A DNA stretch of 41,238 nucleotides, taken from positions 1 to 41,238 of the forward strand of contig JBBRLQ010000049.1 of NCBI GenBank assembly GCA_038231275.1. The letters are read 5' to 3'. The stretch is from Polyangiales bacterium. Lineage in GTDB: Bacteria > Myxococcota_A > Polyangia > Polyangiales > Polyangiaceae. The notes beneath the pieces were generated by a model. The model did not search any database and was not told the origin of the DNA. It worked only from the letters and a program-made list of their open reading frames with translations. The position numbers were made by a program, and so were the translations under genes. Below, one piece after another: positions 16,283-25,233 of the stretch (position 1 is the stretch's first letter; each line of letters starts with the position of its first letter).

Positions 16283-19200
16283 ATGCTCAGCCGTTCGCTT
16301 CGCACGCGTCACGTCGCACCGTTCGTTCTGTTCGTGGGGGCGGTCGCCGGATGCGGCGCCGAGAGCCGATCGCGAAACGCGCCTTCCGCGACCGCGATGG
16401 ACTCGGTGCCGCCCGGCTACCCGCAGATGGAGCCGGGCTCCGGAGGCGCGGCGCCGTCGCCGATGTCCGCGGCCGAGGCGAAGAAGGCCGACGACGCGTC
16501 GCCCAAGAAGCCGGAAGAGACGACGTGGAAGCGCTCGCAGGTCGCCGCGAACGCGACGCGCCTCATGGTCGGCGAGCGCGAAGAGCTGCCGCTCCGGACG
16601 ATGCAGGCCAACGTCACGATCGACGGCTTTCGCGCCCGCGTTCTCATCGACTACGTCTACGACAACGATCGCGATCGGCAGCTCGAGGGGACGTTCCAGC
16701 TGCGGTTGCCGGAGGAGGCGTCGCCGTATTTCTTCGCGTTCGGGGAGAGCACGTTCGAGGCGAAGGCGGCGACGAACGCACCGAGCCCGCAGCCGCTTTT
16801 TTTTGCGGTGGCCGAGACGAAGAAGATGGGCGACGGGCCGCTCGAGATCATGACGGAACGGCAAGCGACGTGGATCCACCCGCGCGAGGCGCGGATGGTG
16901 CCGCGCGAGAAGGCGGCGTTCGCGTACGGCGAGACGGTCCGGCGGCGCGTCGATCCGGCGCTCATGGAATGGGCGGGCGCAGGGGTCTTCAGCGCGCGCG
17001 TCTTCCCGCTCGCGGCGCACAAGCTGCATCGCATCGTCGTTGGGTACGATCTGGATCTCACCCGAATCGGGGATGATCTCGAGGTCCGGTTCGACGTCCC
17101 CGAGAAGGCGCCGCGGGCCGTCGTTGACGTGCGCGTGGCCAAGCTCGCCAACGTCGCGACGCAGACGACGCCGCAAGCGACCGCCACGACCGACGAGAAG
17201 CGGCAGTACTTCCACTTCGAGAACCCCAAGGAGCACGCGGTGAGCGTGCGATTGAAGTCACCCGGCGCGCCTGTGATCGTCGGCAGCGACGCCAAGACCG
17301 GCGACTACTTCGCCGCGCAAGTGAAGCCGAATCTCCCTGCCGGCGCGCCGTCGACGACGAGCGACAGCGCGGTCTTCTTGCTCGACACGTCGCTCAGCTC
17401 GAGCCCCGATCGCTTCAACGTGTGGCTGAAGATGATGCGCACGGTGCTCGACGCGAATCGGCCCTCGCTGAAGCGCTTCGCGGTCCTCACCTTCGGCGTC
17501 GACGCGCGCTGGTACAAGCCCGGCTTCGTCGAGAACACGCCGGCCAACGTCGACGCGCTCCTCGGCGCGGCGGGGAACCTCGCGCTCGAAGGGGCGACGG
17601 ACCTCGGCGCGGCGCTGAAAGAGGCGAGCCGACCCGCGTGGCTCGACGCAAACGGCGGCGGCGCGCGGCGCTACGATCTGTTCCTCTTGTCGGACGGCGC
17701 GGCGACGTGGGGCGAAGGAAATCTCTACGCGCTCGGACGAACGCTCGCGTCGGGCAGCGCGGGCAGCTTGTTCGCGTACCAGACGGGGCTCGCGGGCACG
17801 GACGTCGCGGCTCTCACGCACCTCGCGAGGGAGAGCGGCGGCGCGGTGTTCTCGGTGACGGGGGAGTCCGAAATCGTGCGCGCGGCGACGGCACATCGCG
17901 CGCGGCCGTGGCAGCTCGTGTCGGCGAAGGTCGGCGGCGGGACCGACGTGCTCTTGGCAGGGCGGCCGAAGGCGATCTTCGCCGGGCAGACGCTCCTCGC
18001 GGTCGGTCGCGGCGCGATCCCGGCAGGCTCCGATCTCGTCCTCACGCTCGAGCGCGACGGGCAGAAAGAGACCGTGAAGACCAAGCTCGGCGCGCCGGTC
18101 GCGTCGAAGCTCGCGCCGCGCGCGTACGGTCAAGTCGCCACGAGCCAGCTCGAGGAGCTCGAGGCCGCGACCGAGAGCGTGTCCAAGGCGTACGCGACGC
18201 ACTTTCGCGTGACCGGTCGCACGTGCTCGCTGCTCATGCTCGAGACCGAGCAGGACTACGAACGCTTCGCGATCCGCCCTGAAGAAGACGCGTTCGTCGT
18301 GAAGGGAACGCCGGCGGGAGAGTTGTTCGCGACGACGTTGAAGCAGACGTACGACACGCTCGGCGATCCGAAGGCGTCGTTCTTCGCGCTCCTCGCCAAG
18401 CTAGAAAAGACGCCGGGCGTGAAGCTCCAGGTGCCGGCGTCGTACAAGATGGCGGTGACGCAAATGCCGGCGTCGTCGTTCGCGGTCGACGCCGCCGCGC
18501 TCACGACGAAGCTGAACGACAAGAAGCAGCTCTCCCCTGCCCTCCTCGACAACCTCGCGAAGCACCAGCTCGACTACGATCGGATCTCCGACGACGCGAA
18601 GGCGCGGCTGGCGCAAGGTGGCCCGGGTGACGCGCTGAAGGCGTTGTCGTCGCTCGTCGAGGAGAACCCTGGCGACGCGGTGCTCGCGCGCGACGTCGGC
18701 TTCTCGGCGATGGACCTCGGGCTTCGTCCGCAGGCCTACCACTTGTTCCGGCGCGTCGCCGACGTGCGCCCGTACGAGCCGCAGACCTACCGCGCGATGG
18801 CGCAGGCGCTTGCGGCGATGGGCAAGACGGATCTCGCGCTCGCGTACTACGAGATTCCGCTCATCGGCGAGTGGGATCCGCGCTTCGGCGATCTGCGCGC
18901 GATCGTCGAGCTCGACTACCTCCGCTTCCTCCGCACGATCGCGAGCGGCGCGGCGAAGACGAGCGTGCCGGACTACGCCAAGGCGCGCCTCGAGACGCTC
19001 GCCGGGAAAATCGGCATGAAGAGCGCCGATCTCGTCGTCACCATCACCTGGAACACCGACAACACCGACGTCGATCTCCACGTGACTGAGCCGTCGGGCG
19101 AGGAGTGCTTCTACAGCCACCGCCAGACGCGCAGCGGCGGCGAGCTCACGCGCGACGTGACGCAGGGCTACGGCCCCGAGATGTTCGTACTGAAGCGCGC

Positions 19201-19390
19201 GCCCTCCGGCCGCTACCTCGTGCGCGCGCACTACTACGCCTCGGACCGCAACCGGGCGAGCGCGCGCACGAAGGTGTACGTCACGACCTACGAAGACTGG
19301 GGCACGCCGCGCGAGCGCGCGACGGAGAAGGTCGTCACGCTCGAGACCGGCAAACAGATGCACGACATCGCGGTCATCGACCGCAAGTAG
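16283..19390 (+). CDS. Large lipoprotein with VIT-like, vWA, TPR-like and YfaP/DUF2135-like domains
   Basis: Lipobox VAGC; LEGTFQLRLP; FLLDTSLS; LLSDG; helical repeats; ITWNTDNTDVDLHVTEP and DVTQGYGPE. Confidence 0.82.
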   Translation: MLSRSLRTRHVAPFVLFVGAVAGCGAESRSRNAPSATAMDSVPPGYPQMEPGSGGAAPSPMSAAEAKKADDASPKKPEETTWKRSQVAANATRLMVGEREELPLRTMQANVTIDGFRARVLIDYVYDNDRDRQLEGTFQLRLPEEASPYFFAFGESTFEAKAATNAPSPQPLFFAVAETKKMGDGPLEIMTERQATWIHPREARMVPREKAAFAYGETVRRRVDPALMEWAGAGVFSARVFPLAAHKLHRIVVGYDLDLTRIGDDLEVRFDVPEKAPRAVVDVRVAKLANVATQTTPQATATTDEKRQYFHFENPKEHAVSVRLKSPGAPVIVGSDAKTGDYFAAQVKPNLPAGAPSTTSDSAVFLLDTSLSSSPDRFNVWLKMMRTVLDANRPSLKRFAVLTFGVDARWYKPGFVENTPANVDALLGAAGNLALEGATDLGAALKEASRPAWLDANGGGARRYDLFLLSDGAATWGEGNLYALGRTLASGSAGSLFAYQTGLAGTDVAALTHLARESGGAVFSVTGESEIVRAATAHRARPWQLVSAKVGGGTDVLLAGRPKAIFAGQTLLAVGRGAIPAGSDLVLTLERDGQKETVKTKLGAPVASKLAPRAYGQVATSQLEELEAATESVSKAYATHFRVTGRTCSLLMLETEQDYERFAIRPEEDAFVVKGTPAGELFATTLKQTYDTLGDPKASFFALLAKLEKTPGVKLQVPASYKMAVTQMPASSFAVDAAALTTKLNDKKQLSPALLDNLAKHQLDYDRISDDAKARLAQGGPGDALKALSSLVEENPGDAVLARDVGFSAMDLGLRPQAYHLFRRVADVRPYEPQTYRAMAQALAAMGKTDLALAYYEIPLIGEWDPRFGDLRAIVELDYLRFLRTIASGAAKTSVPDYAKARLETLAGKIGMKSADLVVTITWNTDNTDVDLHVTEPSGEECFYSHRQTRSGGELTRDVTQGYGPEMFVLKRAPSGRYLVRAHYYASDRNRASARTKVYVTTYEDWGTPRERATEKVVTLETGKQMHDIAVIDRK

Positions 19391-19822
19391 TCAGCCGCCC
19401 CAGCCGCCCGAGTCGGTGCACGAGTCCGTGCACGTGACCGACTTGGAGTTGCAGCAGCTGTTCGAGCAGCCGATCGAGTTGATGATGTCGCCGTTCTTGC
19501 AGAAGCACGCGTAGCTGCATCCCTTGTCGCACGACGGGCAGGTGGCGCCGCTGGACCCGCTCGAGCTCGACGAGCCGCCGGAGCTGGAGCTGCTGCTGCT
19601 GCTGCTGTGTCCCGAGCTCGACGACGAGCTACTCGAGGAGTGGCCGCTGCTGCCCCCGCTACTCGATCCTCCGCTGCTGCTCGAAGAGCTCGAGGTTCCG
19701 CCGGACGTCCCGGATCCGCCGCTGCTGCTACTGCCGCCCGTATCGCTGCCGCCGCTGCACGCGACGATCGGCGCCGCGAGGCACGCCGCGAAGAGAACCC
19801 GCGAGAAAACGCTACGAATCAT
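19391..19822 (-). CDS. Ser/Gly-linker, Cys-rich small lipoprotein
   Basis: GGGGAG RBS; lipobox IVAC; poly-Ser linker; Cys-rich tail. Confidence 0.78.
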   Translation of the reverse strand: MIRSVFSRVLFAACLAAPIVACSGGSDTGGSSSSGGSGTSGGTSSSSSSSGGSSSGGSSGHSSSSSSSSSGHSSSSSSSSSGGSSSSSGSSGATCPSCDKGCSYACFCKNGDIINSIGCSNSCCNSKSVTCTDSCTDSGGWGG

Positions 19823-19933
19823 GATGTGACTCCCCTGCTGGCAAAGGTGCGGTCCGTGCTCCGGACCACTCATGCGCAGGACGCGGGTCGCCGCCGCGTG
19901 TCACACACAATTTATTTCGAGCGGGAATCGGGG

Positions 19934-20320
19934 CTATTTTTCGTCCCCGCAGGTCGCCCACATCATCAGGGTCTGCGCATCGGCGGGGGCCAACGGGACT
20001 TGGCGTGGAGGCATCGTGCAAGCACCGACCTGGACGGCGATGCGGCTCTTCTGAGCGATCGCCACCGCCGGCTTCGTGAAATCGTGATCGTCGGCCGCCA
20101 TTCCGTCCGCTGCGTGGCACGCGAAGCATCCGCGCTTCAAGACCGGCAGCACGTCCGCGTACGTCATCGGCGTGCCCGCGCACGCCGGACGTGCGTAGTT
20201 GCACGTCGGCGGCGCGGGCGTGATGGTGCCGGGCGGCGGCCGAGGGGGCGGAGGCGGATCGGTGACGCAGGCCGCCATGGTGGCAGCGACGACGGCGAAC
20301 GCAACGAACGAAACCTTCAC
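19934..20320 (-). CDS. Monoheme cytochrome c-like lipoprotein
   Basis: GTG start overlaps the upstream TGA; lipobox MAAC; CFACH heme motif; MPP distal Met; late Trp (MMWATCG). Confidence 0.75.
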   Translation of the reverse strand: MKVSFVAFAVVAATMAACVTDPPPPPRPPPGTITPAPPTCNYARPACAGTPMTYADVLPVLKRGCFACHAADGMAADDHDFTKPAVAIAQKSRIAVQVGACTMPPRQVPLAPADAQTLMMWATCGDEK

Positions 20321-21252
20321 GCGAATGGCTTCTCCTCGACGCGCGCGCGCGCGTTCTCGATGGTGACGGCCCGATGCCCGAGGCCATGATCCTTGCTCGC
20401 GGGGTCCCACGGCAAGGGGGCTCGCTTCGGCACGGAGCCGGGCGCGGGCAGCGGGAAGATGAGCGAGCGCGCAGAGTGGTGCGACACGCGCCCGGTGACC
20501 TTGTGGTTCTCCTGGTGGATGTGCCCGTAGAATACCGTGGCGTCGCGCCCCTGGAGAAGCTCGATCGCGCGCGCGCCGTCCTTCGTCGTCCACTCCCACT
20601 CGGGGTAGAGATCGAACAGCGGTCGATGCGCGAGGACGACGAGCGGCGCGCCGGCGGGGACCTTGGCGATCTCGGCCTTGAGCCAGTCGAGCTGCGCGTC
20701 GCCGAGCGCGCCCCCGGGGGCTGACGCGTTGTCGAGCGCGATGAAGTACACGCCCTTGTGCGAGAACGACTGGGTGAGCGGACCGAACGCTTCCTTGTAC
20801 GCCTCGCCGCGATCGGGCGACGCGTCGTGCTCGCCGGGGAGAAAGTAGATCTTCTTCACGGTGAGGCCGCCGACGATCTGTTTGAACTCGGCCATGCGTG
20901 CGCGGCGCTCTTTGGCGTCGTCGGTCGTGTGCGTCAGGTCGCCGGTGAAGACGATGAAGTCCGGCTGCACGGGCGACGCGTTGATCGCCTGCACCGTCTT
21001 CTTCAGGGTCATGTCGGCTTCGGGGTTTGGAGGACCCTTGAAGCCCCAGTGCGTGTCGGACAGCTGGAGGAAGAAGAAGTCTTCTACCTTGGGGGCGACG
21101 ATGGCCGGCCCGACGGGCGCGACGCCCGACGCGACCTGAGGCGGAGCCCCGGTCGCCTCCGCGCCCCCGCAACCGACCAGGCCGGACGCGAAGACCACGC
21201 CTCCCAAGCCTGCGAGCGCAAGCACGTCACGTCGTCGAAATTCTTGGCTCAT
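20317..21252 (-). CDS. Tat-exported calcineurin-like metallophosphoesterase (CpdA/Icc-like) lipoprotein
   Basis: FRRRDVL twin-Arg signal and LVGC; QLSDTH; FTGDL; PGEHD; LAH; GHIH; GGAGG RBS. Confidence 0.9.
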   Translation of the reverse strand: MSQEFRRRDVLALAGLGGVVFASGLVGCGGAEATGAPPQVASGVAPVGPAIVAPKVEDFFFLQLSDTHWGFKGPPNPEADMTLKKTVQAINASPVQPDFIVFTGDLTHTTDDAKERRARMAEFKQIVGGLTVKKIYFLPGEHDASPDRGEAYKEAFGPLTQSFSHKGVYFIALDNASAPGGALGDAQLDWLKAEIAKVPAGAPLVVLAHRPLFDLYPEWEWTTKDGARAIELLQGRDATVFYGHIHQENHKVTGRVSHHSARSLIFPLPAPGSVPKRAPLPWDPASKDHGLGHRAVTIENARARVEEKPFA

Positions 21253-21289
21253 TCGATCCTCCGCGGTCCCGTTGTCATTCCTTTCACGA

Positions 21290-21314
21290 AACGAAGGGCT
21301 GGGGCAATCGTTCC
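21290..21314 (-). promoter_or_regulatory. ECF-type promoter GGAAC-N16-CGTT for the metallophosphoesterase operon
   Basis: Matches the generic ECF consensus (GGAAC / CGTT); 38 nt upstream of the ATG at 21252. Confidence 0.6.
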
Positions 21315-21316
21315 AT

Positions 21317-21342
21317 GGAACCTTCGCGCCCCCCGCCTCGTT
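21317..21342 (+). promoter_or_regulatory. ECF-type promoter GGAAC-N17-CGTT for the sigma/anti-sigma operon (autoregulatory)
   Basis: Mirror of the minus-strand promoter; shares the palindrome GTTCCATGGAAC. Confidence 0.6.
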
Positions 21343-21484
21343 GTGAGTGGCAGCACTTGTGGTCCGATCTCCTGAAGGTCTTTTCTCCGCCGCAACGGCG
21401 GACCACGCGGGTCCCGTCTCGGGCTCCGGCGTGATTGGTTCGAGCGTTGGTTCGAGCGACGCCATGTGGTATCGAGCCGACTCG

Positions 21485-22015
21485 ATGCCGACGATCCCGC
21501 CGGGGCAGCGGTCGATGCAGTCGGACGCGCTCGCGCACGCGGACGCGCTCTTCCGCCTCGCCTATCACCTCGCCGGGGACCACGCCGACGCCGAGGATCT
21601 CGTGCAGGAGACGTACGCCCGCGCCTTCGGGGCGAGCGCGCAGTTCACCACGGGCACGAACCTCCGCGCGTGGCTCTGCCGGATTTTGAGGAACACCTAC
21701 GTGGACGGCTACCGGCGCGCGCGCGCCAACCCCGTGCGGGGAGAGCTCGACGAGAACGCGCCCGACTCCCCAAAGGGCGAGCCGCTCCGGGGAGACGAAG
21801 AGCTCGAGCGCCTGCGCGGCGTCGTGGCGGAGGACATCGAGGCGGCGCTCCAGACGTTGTCGATCGACGCGCGCACGGTCGTGCTGCTCGATCTCGAGGG
21901 CTTCACGGAGACCGAGCTCGCGACCGTCCTCGGCTGCGCGGTGGGGACGATCAAATCGCGGCTGACGCGGGCGCGAGCGGCCCTGCGCGCCGAGCTGGCG
22001 GAGTACGCGAGGTGA
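21485..22015 (+). CDS. ECF RNA polymerase sigma factor (ECF26-like context)
   Basis: DAEDLVQETY; NLRAWLCRILRN; GTIKSRLTRAR. Start may be 21485 or 21515. Confidence 0.92.
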   Translation: MPTIPPGQRSMQSDALAHADALFRLAYHLAGDHADAEDLVQETYARAFGASAQFTTGTNLRAWLCRILRNTYVDGYRRARANPVRGELDENAPDSPKGEPLRGDEELERLRGVVAEDIEAALQTLSIDARTVVLLDLEGFTETELATVLGCAVGTIKSRLTRARAALRAELAEYAR

Positions 22016-22020
22016 GCAAC

Positions 22021-22782
22021 ATGAAGTGCGAAGTTGCAAGGACCCTTCTCCTCGCGCGCCGGCAAAAAACGCTGGACGACGACGCCACCGCCGCGGTCAC
22101 GGAGCACCTCGCCGAGTGCGATCGCTGCCGGCGCGAAGACGCCGCCGACGCCGAGCTCACGCGACTTCTCGAGCGCATCCCGCAGCGCAAGGCCCCTGCT
22201 TCGTTGAAGCGCGCGTTGGACGCGCGCTGGTCCGGAGTCGAGCGACGCCCCCGCGCGACGATCGCACGCACCGTTGCCGCCGTGGCTGCCGGCGCCGCGC
22301 TCGCCGCCAGCGCGCTCCTCGTCTGGCGCGGGCGCACGCATTCCGAGGCGATGTTCGGCGAGGCGGTGAACGATCACCTGCGCCTCCTCTACGCCGAGCA
22401 CCCGCTCGAGGTGGAGAGCGGCGGCGTGCACCAGGTGAAGCCGTGGTTCTCGGGGCGCATCGACTTCGCGCCGGTCGTCGCGTTCGGAGGTGACGAGGAC
22501 TTCCCGCTCCAGGGCGGCGCGGTCGCCTACTTCCTCGATCGCAAGGCCGCCGCGTACGAGTACAAGCGCCGCCTCCACCCCATCACGCTCTTCGTGTTCC
22601 GGGCCGACGGCCTGGCGTGGCCCACCGCGACCCGCGCGATCGGCCACGCGCGCGGCGCCTCCGACACGATGCGCGGCTTCCACGTCCTCATCTGGAGGGA
22701 CGGCGATCTCGGCTACGCGCTCGTCTCCGATCTCGACGAGCGCGAGCTCGGCACCCTCGCCGCGAAAATCGCCGGTCCCTGA
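22021..22782 (+). CDS. Transmembrane zinc-finger anti-sigma factor
   Basis: HLAECDRC (HxxxCxxC); one TM segment; VKPWFSGRIDFAP...FPLQGG...GYALVSDL. Alternative GTG start at 22012 overlaps the sigma stop. Confidence 0.9.
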   Translation: MKCEVARTLLLARRQKTLDDDATAAVTEHLAECDRCRREDAADAELTRLLERIPQRKAPASLKRALDARWSGVERRPRATIARTVAAVAAGAALAASALLVWRGRTHSEAMFGEAVNDHLRLLYAEHPLEVESGGVHQVKPWFSGRIDFAPVVAFGGDEDFPLQGGAVAYFLDRKAAAYEYKRRLHPITLFVFRADGLAWPTATRAIGHARGASDTMRGFHVLIWRDGDLGYALVSDLDERELGTLAAKIAGP

Positions 22783-22851
22783 GGCTTCGAAGACGGGTCT
22801 TCGCAGGAAGGAGGCCAGGGCGCCCCACCTCTCGTAGGATGGCCGAGCGGC

Positions 22852-24258
22852 ATGAGCACGAGCAGACGGATTTGCGCGATCCTGGCGCTCTGCCTGGCCT
22901 CGCGTGCAGCGCGCGCGGACGACGGTCCGACGACCGACGTGCCGTCCGACATCCAGGGTGGGGCACCCGAAGGCCTCGGCCGCAAGCAGCGACTCCGGGA
23001 CGATGACCTCGCGCGCAAGCGAGAGGGCGGTTACTTCACCGGCCTCCCGCTCGCCAACTACGACCACGACGTCGGCTTCGGCTTCGGCGCGCGCGTCTAC
23101 TACTTCGACAACGGCAAGCGCACCGAGCCGCGCTTCGCGTACGTGCCCTACGAGCAGCGCATCTTCGCGCAGGGCTACGCGTCGACGGGCGGTCTGCAGT
23201 ACCACTGGCTCGACTACGACTCGCCGCACTTCTTGGGATCGCTCTTTCGCGTGCGCGCGAGCTTCGAGTTCCAGCAGAACATCGCGCAAAATTATTTCGG
23301 CGTCGGCACGCGCTCGATGCAGCCGCTGTCGTTCCCCGGCTCGCCCGAGAGCTTCGCGCACGCCTCCGAGTACGACGCGCGCCTCCGCACCGTGCAGGCC
23401 GACGGCTCGACGTACGCGCTCTACGACAAGTACTTCGGAAGGCGCCCGCAGCTCGCGTTCGCGGCGGAGCGTCACCTCCTCGGCGGCCTCGTGCGCGCGC
23501 TCTTCGGCCTCGGATTTTCGAACACGGCGATCCGGCAGTACAGCGGCAAGGTCACCGACGCCGACGGCGCAGGCGGAACCGTGCAGGCGCCCGAGGCTCC
23601 CACGCGACTCTCCCTCGACTGCGCGGCGCGACGCATCGTCGGCTGCGACGGCGGTTGGGACAACGTGCTGCGCCTCGGCCTCTCGCTGGATACCCGGGAT
23701 TTCGAGCCGGATCCGAACTCCGGAATCTACGCGGAGCTCTCGACCGAGTACGGCCTCCGCGGCCTCGGCTCCAACTACGCGTACGCGCGCGTGATGGGCT
23801 CGGTGCGCGGCTTCTACAGCCCGATCCCGAAGCTCGCCGATCTCGTCGTCGCCACGCGCGGCCTCTACGAAGTGCAGACCCAGGGCACGCCGTTCTTCTC
23901 GATGAGCAACCTGCCGTTCATCGACGACAACCACACCGGCCTCGGCGGCTTCCGCTCGCTGCGCGGCTTCAAGGACAGCCGCTTCGTCGGCCCGGTCATC
24001 GTGCTCGCCAACCTGGAGCTACGTTGGACGTTCGTGCGCTTCAAGGCGCTGGCCCAGAGCTTCGGGCTCATGGCGGTGCCGTTCATGGACATCGGCCGCG
24101 TCTTCGACAACGTCGCGACGACGAGCCTCAAGGACTGGAAGCGCACGCAGGGCGGCGGCTTTCGCATCGCCTGGAACGAGGCGACGATCATCATGGCCGA
24201 CTACGGCTTTAGCGACGAGGACGCCGGCCTCTACGTGAACTTCAACCACATCTTCTGA
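22852..24258 (+). CDS. Omp85/BamA-TamA family outer-membrane beta-barrel
   Basis: Signal peptide; LDTRDFEPDP; LGGFRSLRGF (VRGY-like motif); NLELRW; C-terminal Phe. Confidence 0.85.
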   Translation: MSTSRRICAILALCLASRAARADDGPTTDVPSDIQGGAPEGLGRKQRLRDDDLARKREGGYFTGLPLANYDHDVGFGFGARVYYFDNGKRTEPRFAYVPYEQRIFAQGYASTGGLQYHWLDYDSPHFLGSLFRVRASFEFQQNIAQNYFGVGTRSMQPLSFPGSPESFAHASEYDARLRTVQADGSTYALYDKYFGRRPQLAFAAERHLLGGLVRALFGLGFSNTAIRQYSGKVTDADGAGGTVQAPEAPTRLSLDCAARRIVGCDGGWDNVLRLGLSLDTRDFEPDPNSGIYAELSTEYGLRGLGSNYAYARVMGSVRGFYSPIPKLADLVVATRGLYEVQTQGTPFFSMSNLPFIDDNHTGLGGFRSLRGFKDSRFVGPVIVLANLELRWTFVRFKALAQSFGLMAVPFMDIGRVFDNVATTSLKDWKRTQGGGFRIAWNEATIIMADYGFSDEDAGLYVNFNHIF

Positions 24259-24274
24259 GCGCGACGCCCTCGCG

Positions 24275-24973
24275 TCAGCACTTGCAGGAGTACGAGGTGC
24301 CGCTCCCCTGGCACGTCTTGTCGAAGATGAGGAGGCAGCAGAACGTGCAGCACGAGTTGCCGCACTTGCCGCAGTCGTTGTCGCCGGTGAGCGACGTCTC
24401 GCAGCCGTTCGCCGGATTGCCATCGCAGTCGCCGAAGTTCGTCACGCATCCGCCGCAGACGCCGGCCGCGCCGCACGTCGTGTTGTTCGGGCAGTCGGTG
24501 TCTGCGCAGCAGGCGTGGCACGCGCCGTCGGAGCACACGCGCTGACCGGCGGGACAGCCGCACGCACCGCCGTCGCCCGCACCGCCGCTGCACGCGAAGT
24601 CGCAGGTGCCCGCGGCGCTGCAGGTGGGGGAACCGCCGTCGGGCGCGGTGCAGCTCGTGCCGCAGCCGGAAGCGCAGCCGGCTTCCGGGAAGTTCGGCTG
24701 TGCCGGGACGCAGTCCGCGCCGCACGCGTGGAGGCCGGACGCGCAGGTGGCGCATCCGGGGCCGGTGTGTCCATCAGGGCAGCCGGCGTCGACACGCGGA
24801 GGGCGCGCGTCGTTGCCCGCCTCGTTCGTCGTCGCGTCGTCCGGCACCGCGCCGTCGTCGGTGCCGTCGCCCGTGAGATCGGGGACGTCGGTGCCGTTGG
24901 CGCACGCGGCAAAGCGGAGGAAAAACCCCATCGCGGCGAGCGCGAGGAGGGACGGCAGGGTTCGCGTCGCCAT
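24275..24973 (-). CDS. Cys-rich myxobacterial lipoprotein
   Basis: Lipobox FAAC; DDAT/DAG linker; GDCDGNPANGCET...DCGKCGNSC. Confidence 0.8.
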   Translation of the reverse strand: MATRTLPSLLALAAMGFFLRFAACANGTDVPDLTGDGTDDGAVPDDATTNEAGNDARPPRVDAGCPDGHTGPGCATCASGLHACGADCVPAQPNFPEAGCASGCGTSCTAPDGGSPTCSAAGTCDFACSGGAGDGGACGCPAGQRVCSDGACHACCADTDCPNNTTCGAAGVCGGCVTNFGDCDGNPANGCETSLTGDNDCGKCGNSCCTFCCLLIFDKTCQGSGTSYSCKC

Positions 24974-24984
24974 CGTCGGCCGGG

Positions 24985-25013
24985 ACAGTACGAGGGAACG
25001 GGTGAGTCGGCAA
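24985..25013 (-). promoter_or_regulatory. Putative sigma70 promoter TTGCCG-N17-TACTGT
   Basis: Correct 17-nt spacer; 11 nt upstream of the ATG at 24973. Confidence 0.45.
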
Positions 25014-25120
25014 ACCGATTGGTGTGTGGATGTGGGACATCGCCGCGTCGGCTCCCTGGATCGCGCGCCTCGCCGCGGCCTTCATTGACACGCGGCGTCA
25101 TGGCGCCGGTCCGTAAGCAA

Positions 25121-25133
25121 AATCAACCTGTTG
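25121..25133 (+). promoter_or_regulatory. IHF-binding site (AATCAACCTGTTG)
   Basis: Exact match to WATCAANNNNTTR, located upstream of a sigma54 promoter. Confidence 0.55.
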
Positions 25134-25201
25134 GTTCATTCTCGCGAGCGGCAGCCGCGAGGCAGCGCGAGGCGTTCGCGATACCGAACGAGGGAAGAGG
25201 G

Positions 25202-25217
25202 CGGCACGACCACTGCA
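25202..25217 (+). promoter_or_regulatory. Sigma54 promoter CGGCACGACCACTGCA
   Basis: GG-N10-GC spacing with GGCAC and TGCA; 16 nt before the GH76 ATG. Confidence 0.65.
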
Positions 25218-25233
25218 GTTACGGCTGCCCGTC

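Noticed and set aside
22788..22803. Hairpin CGAAGA-CGGG-TCTTCG after the anti-sigma gene
   Set aside because: No U-tract, so it cannot be called a terminator from sequence alone.
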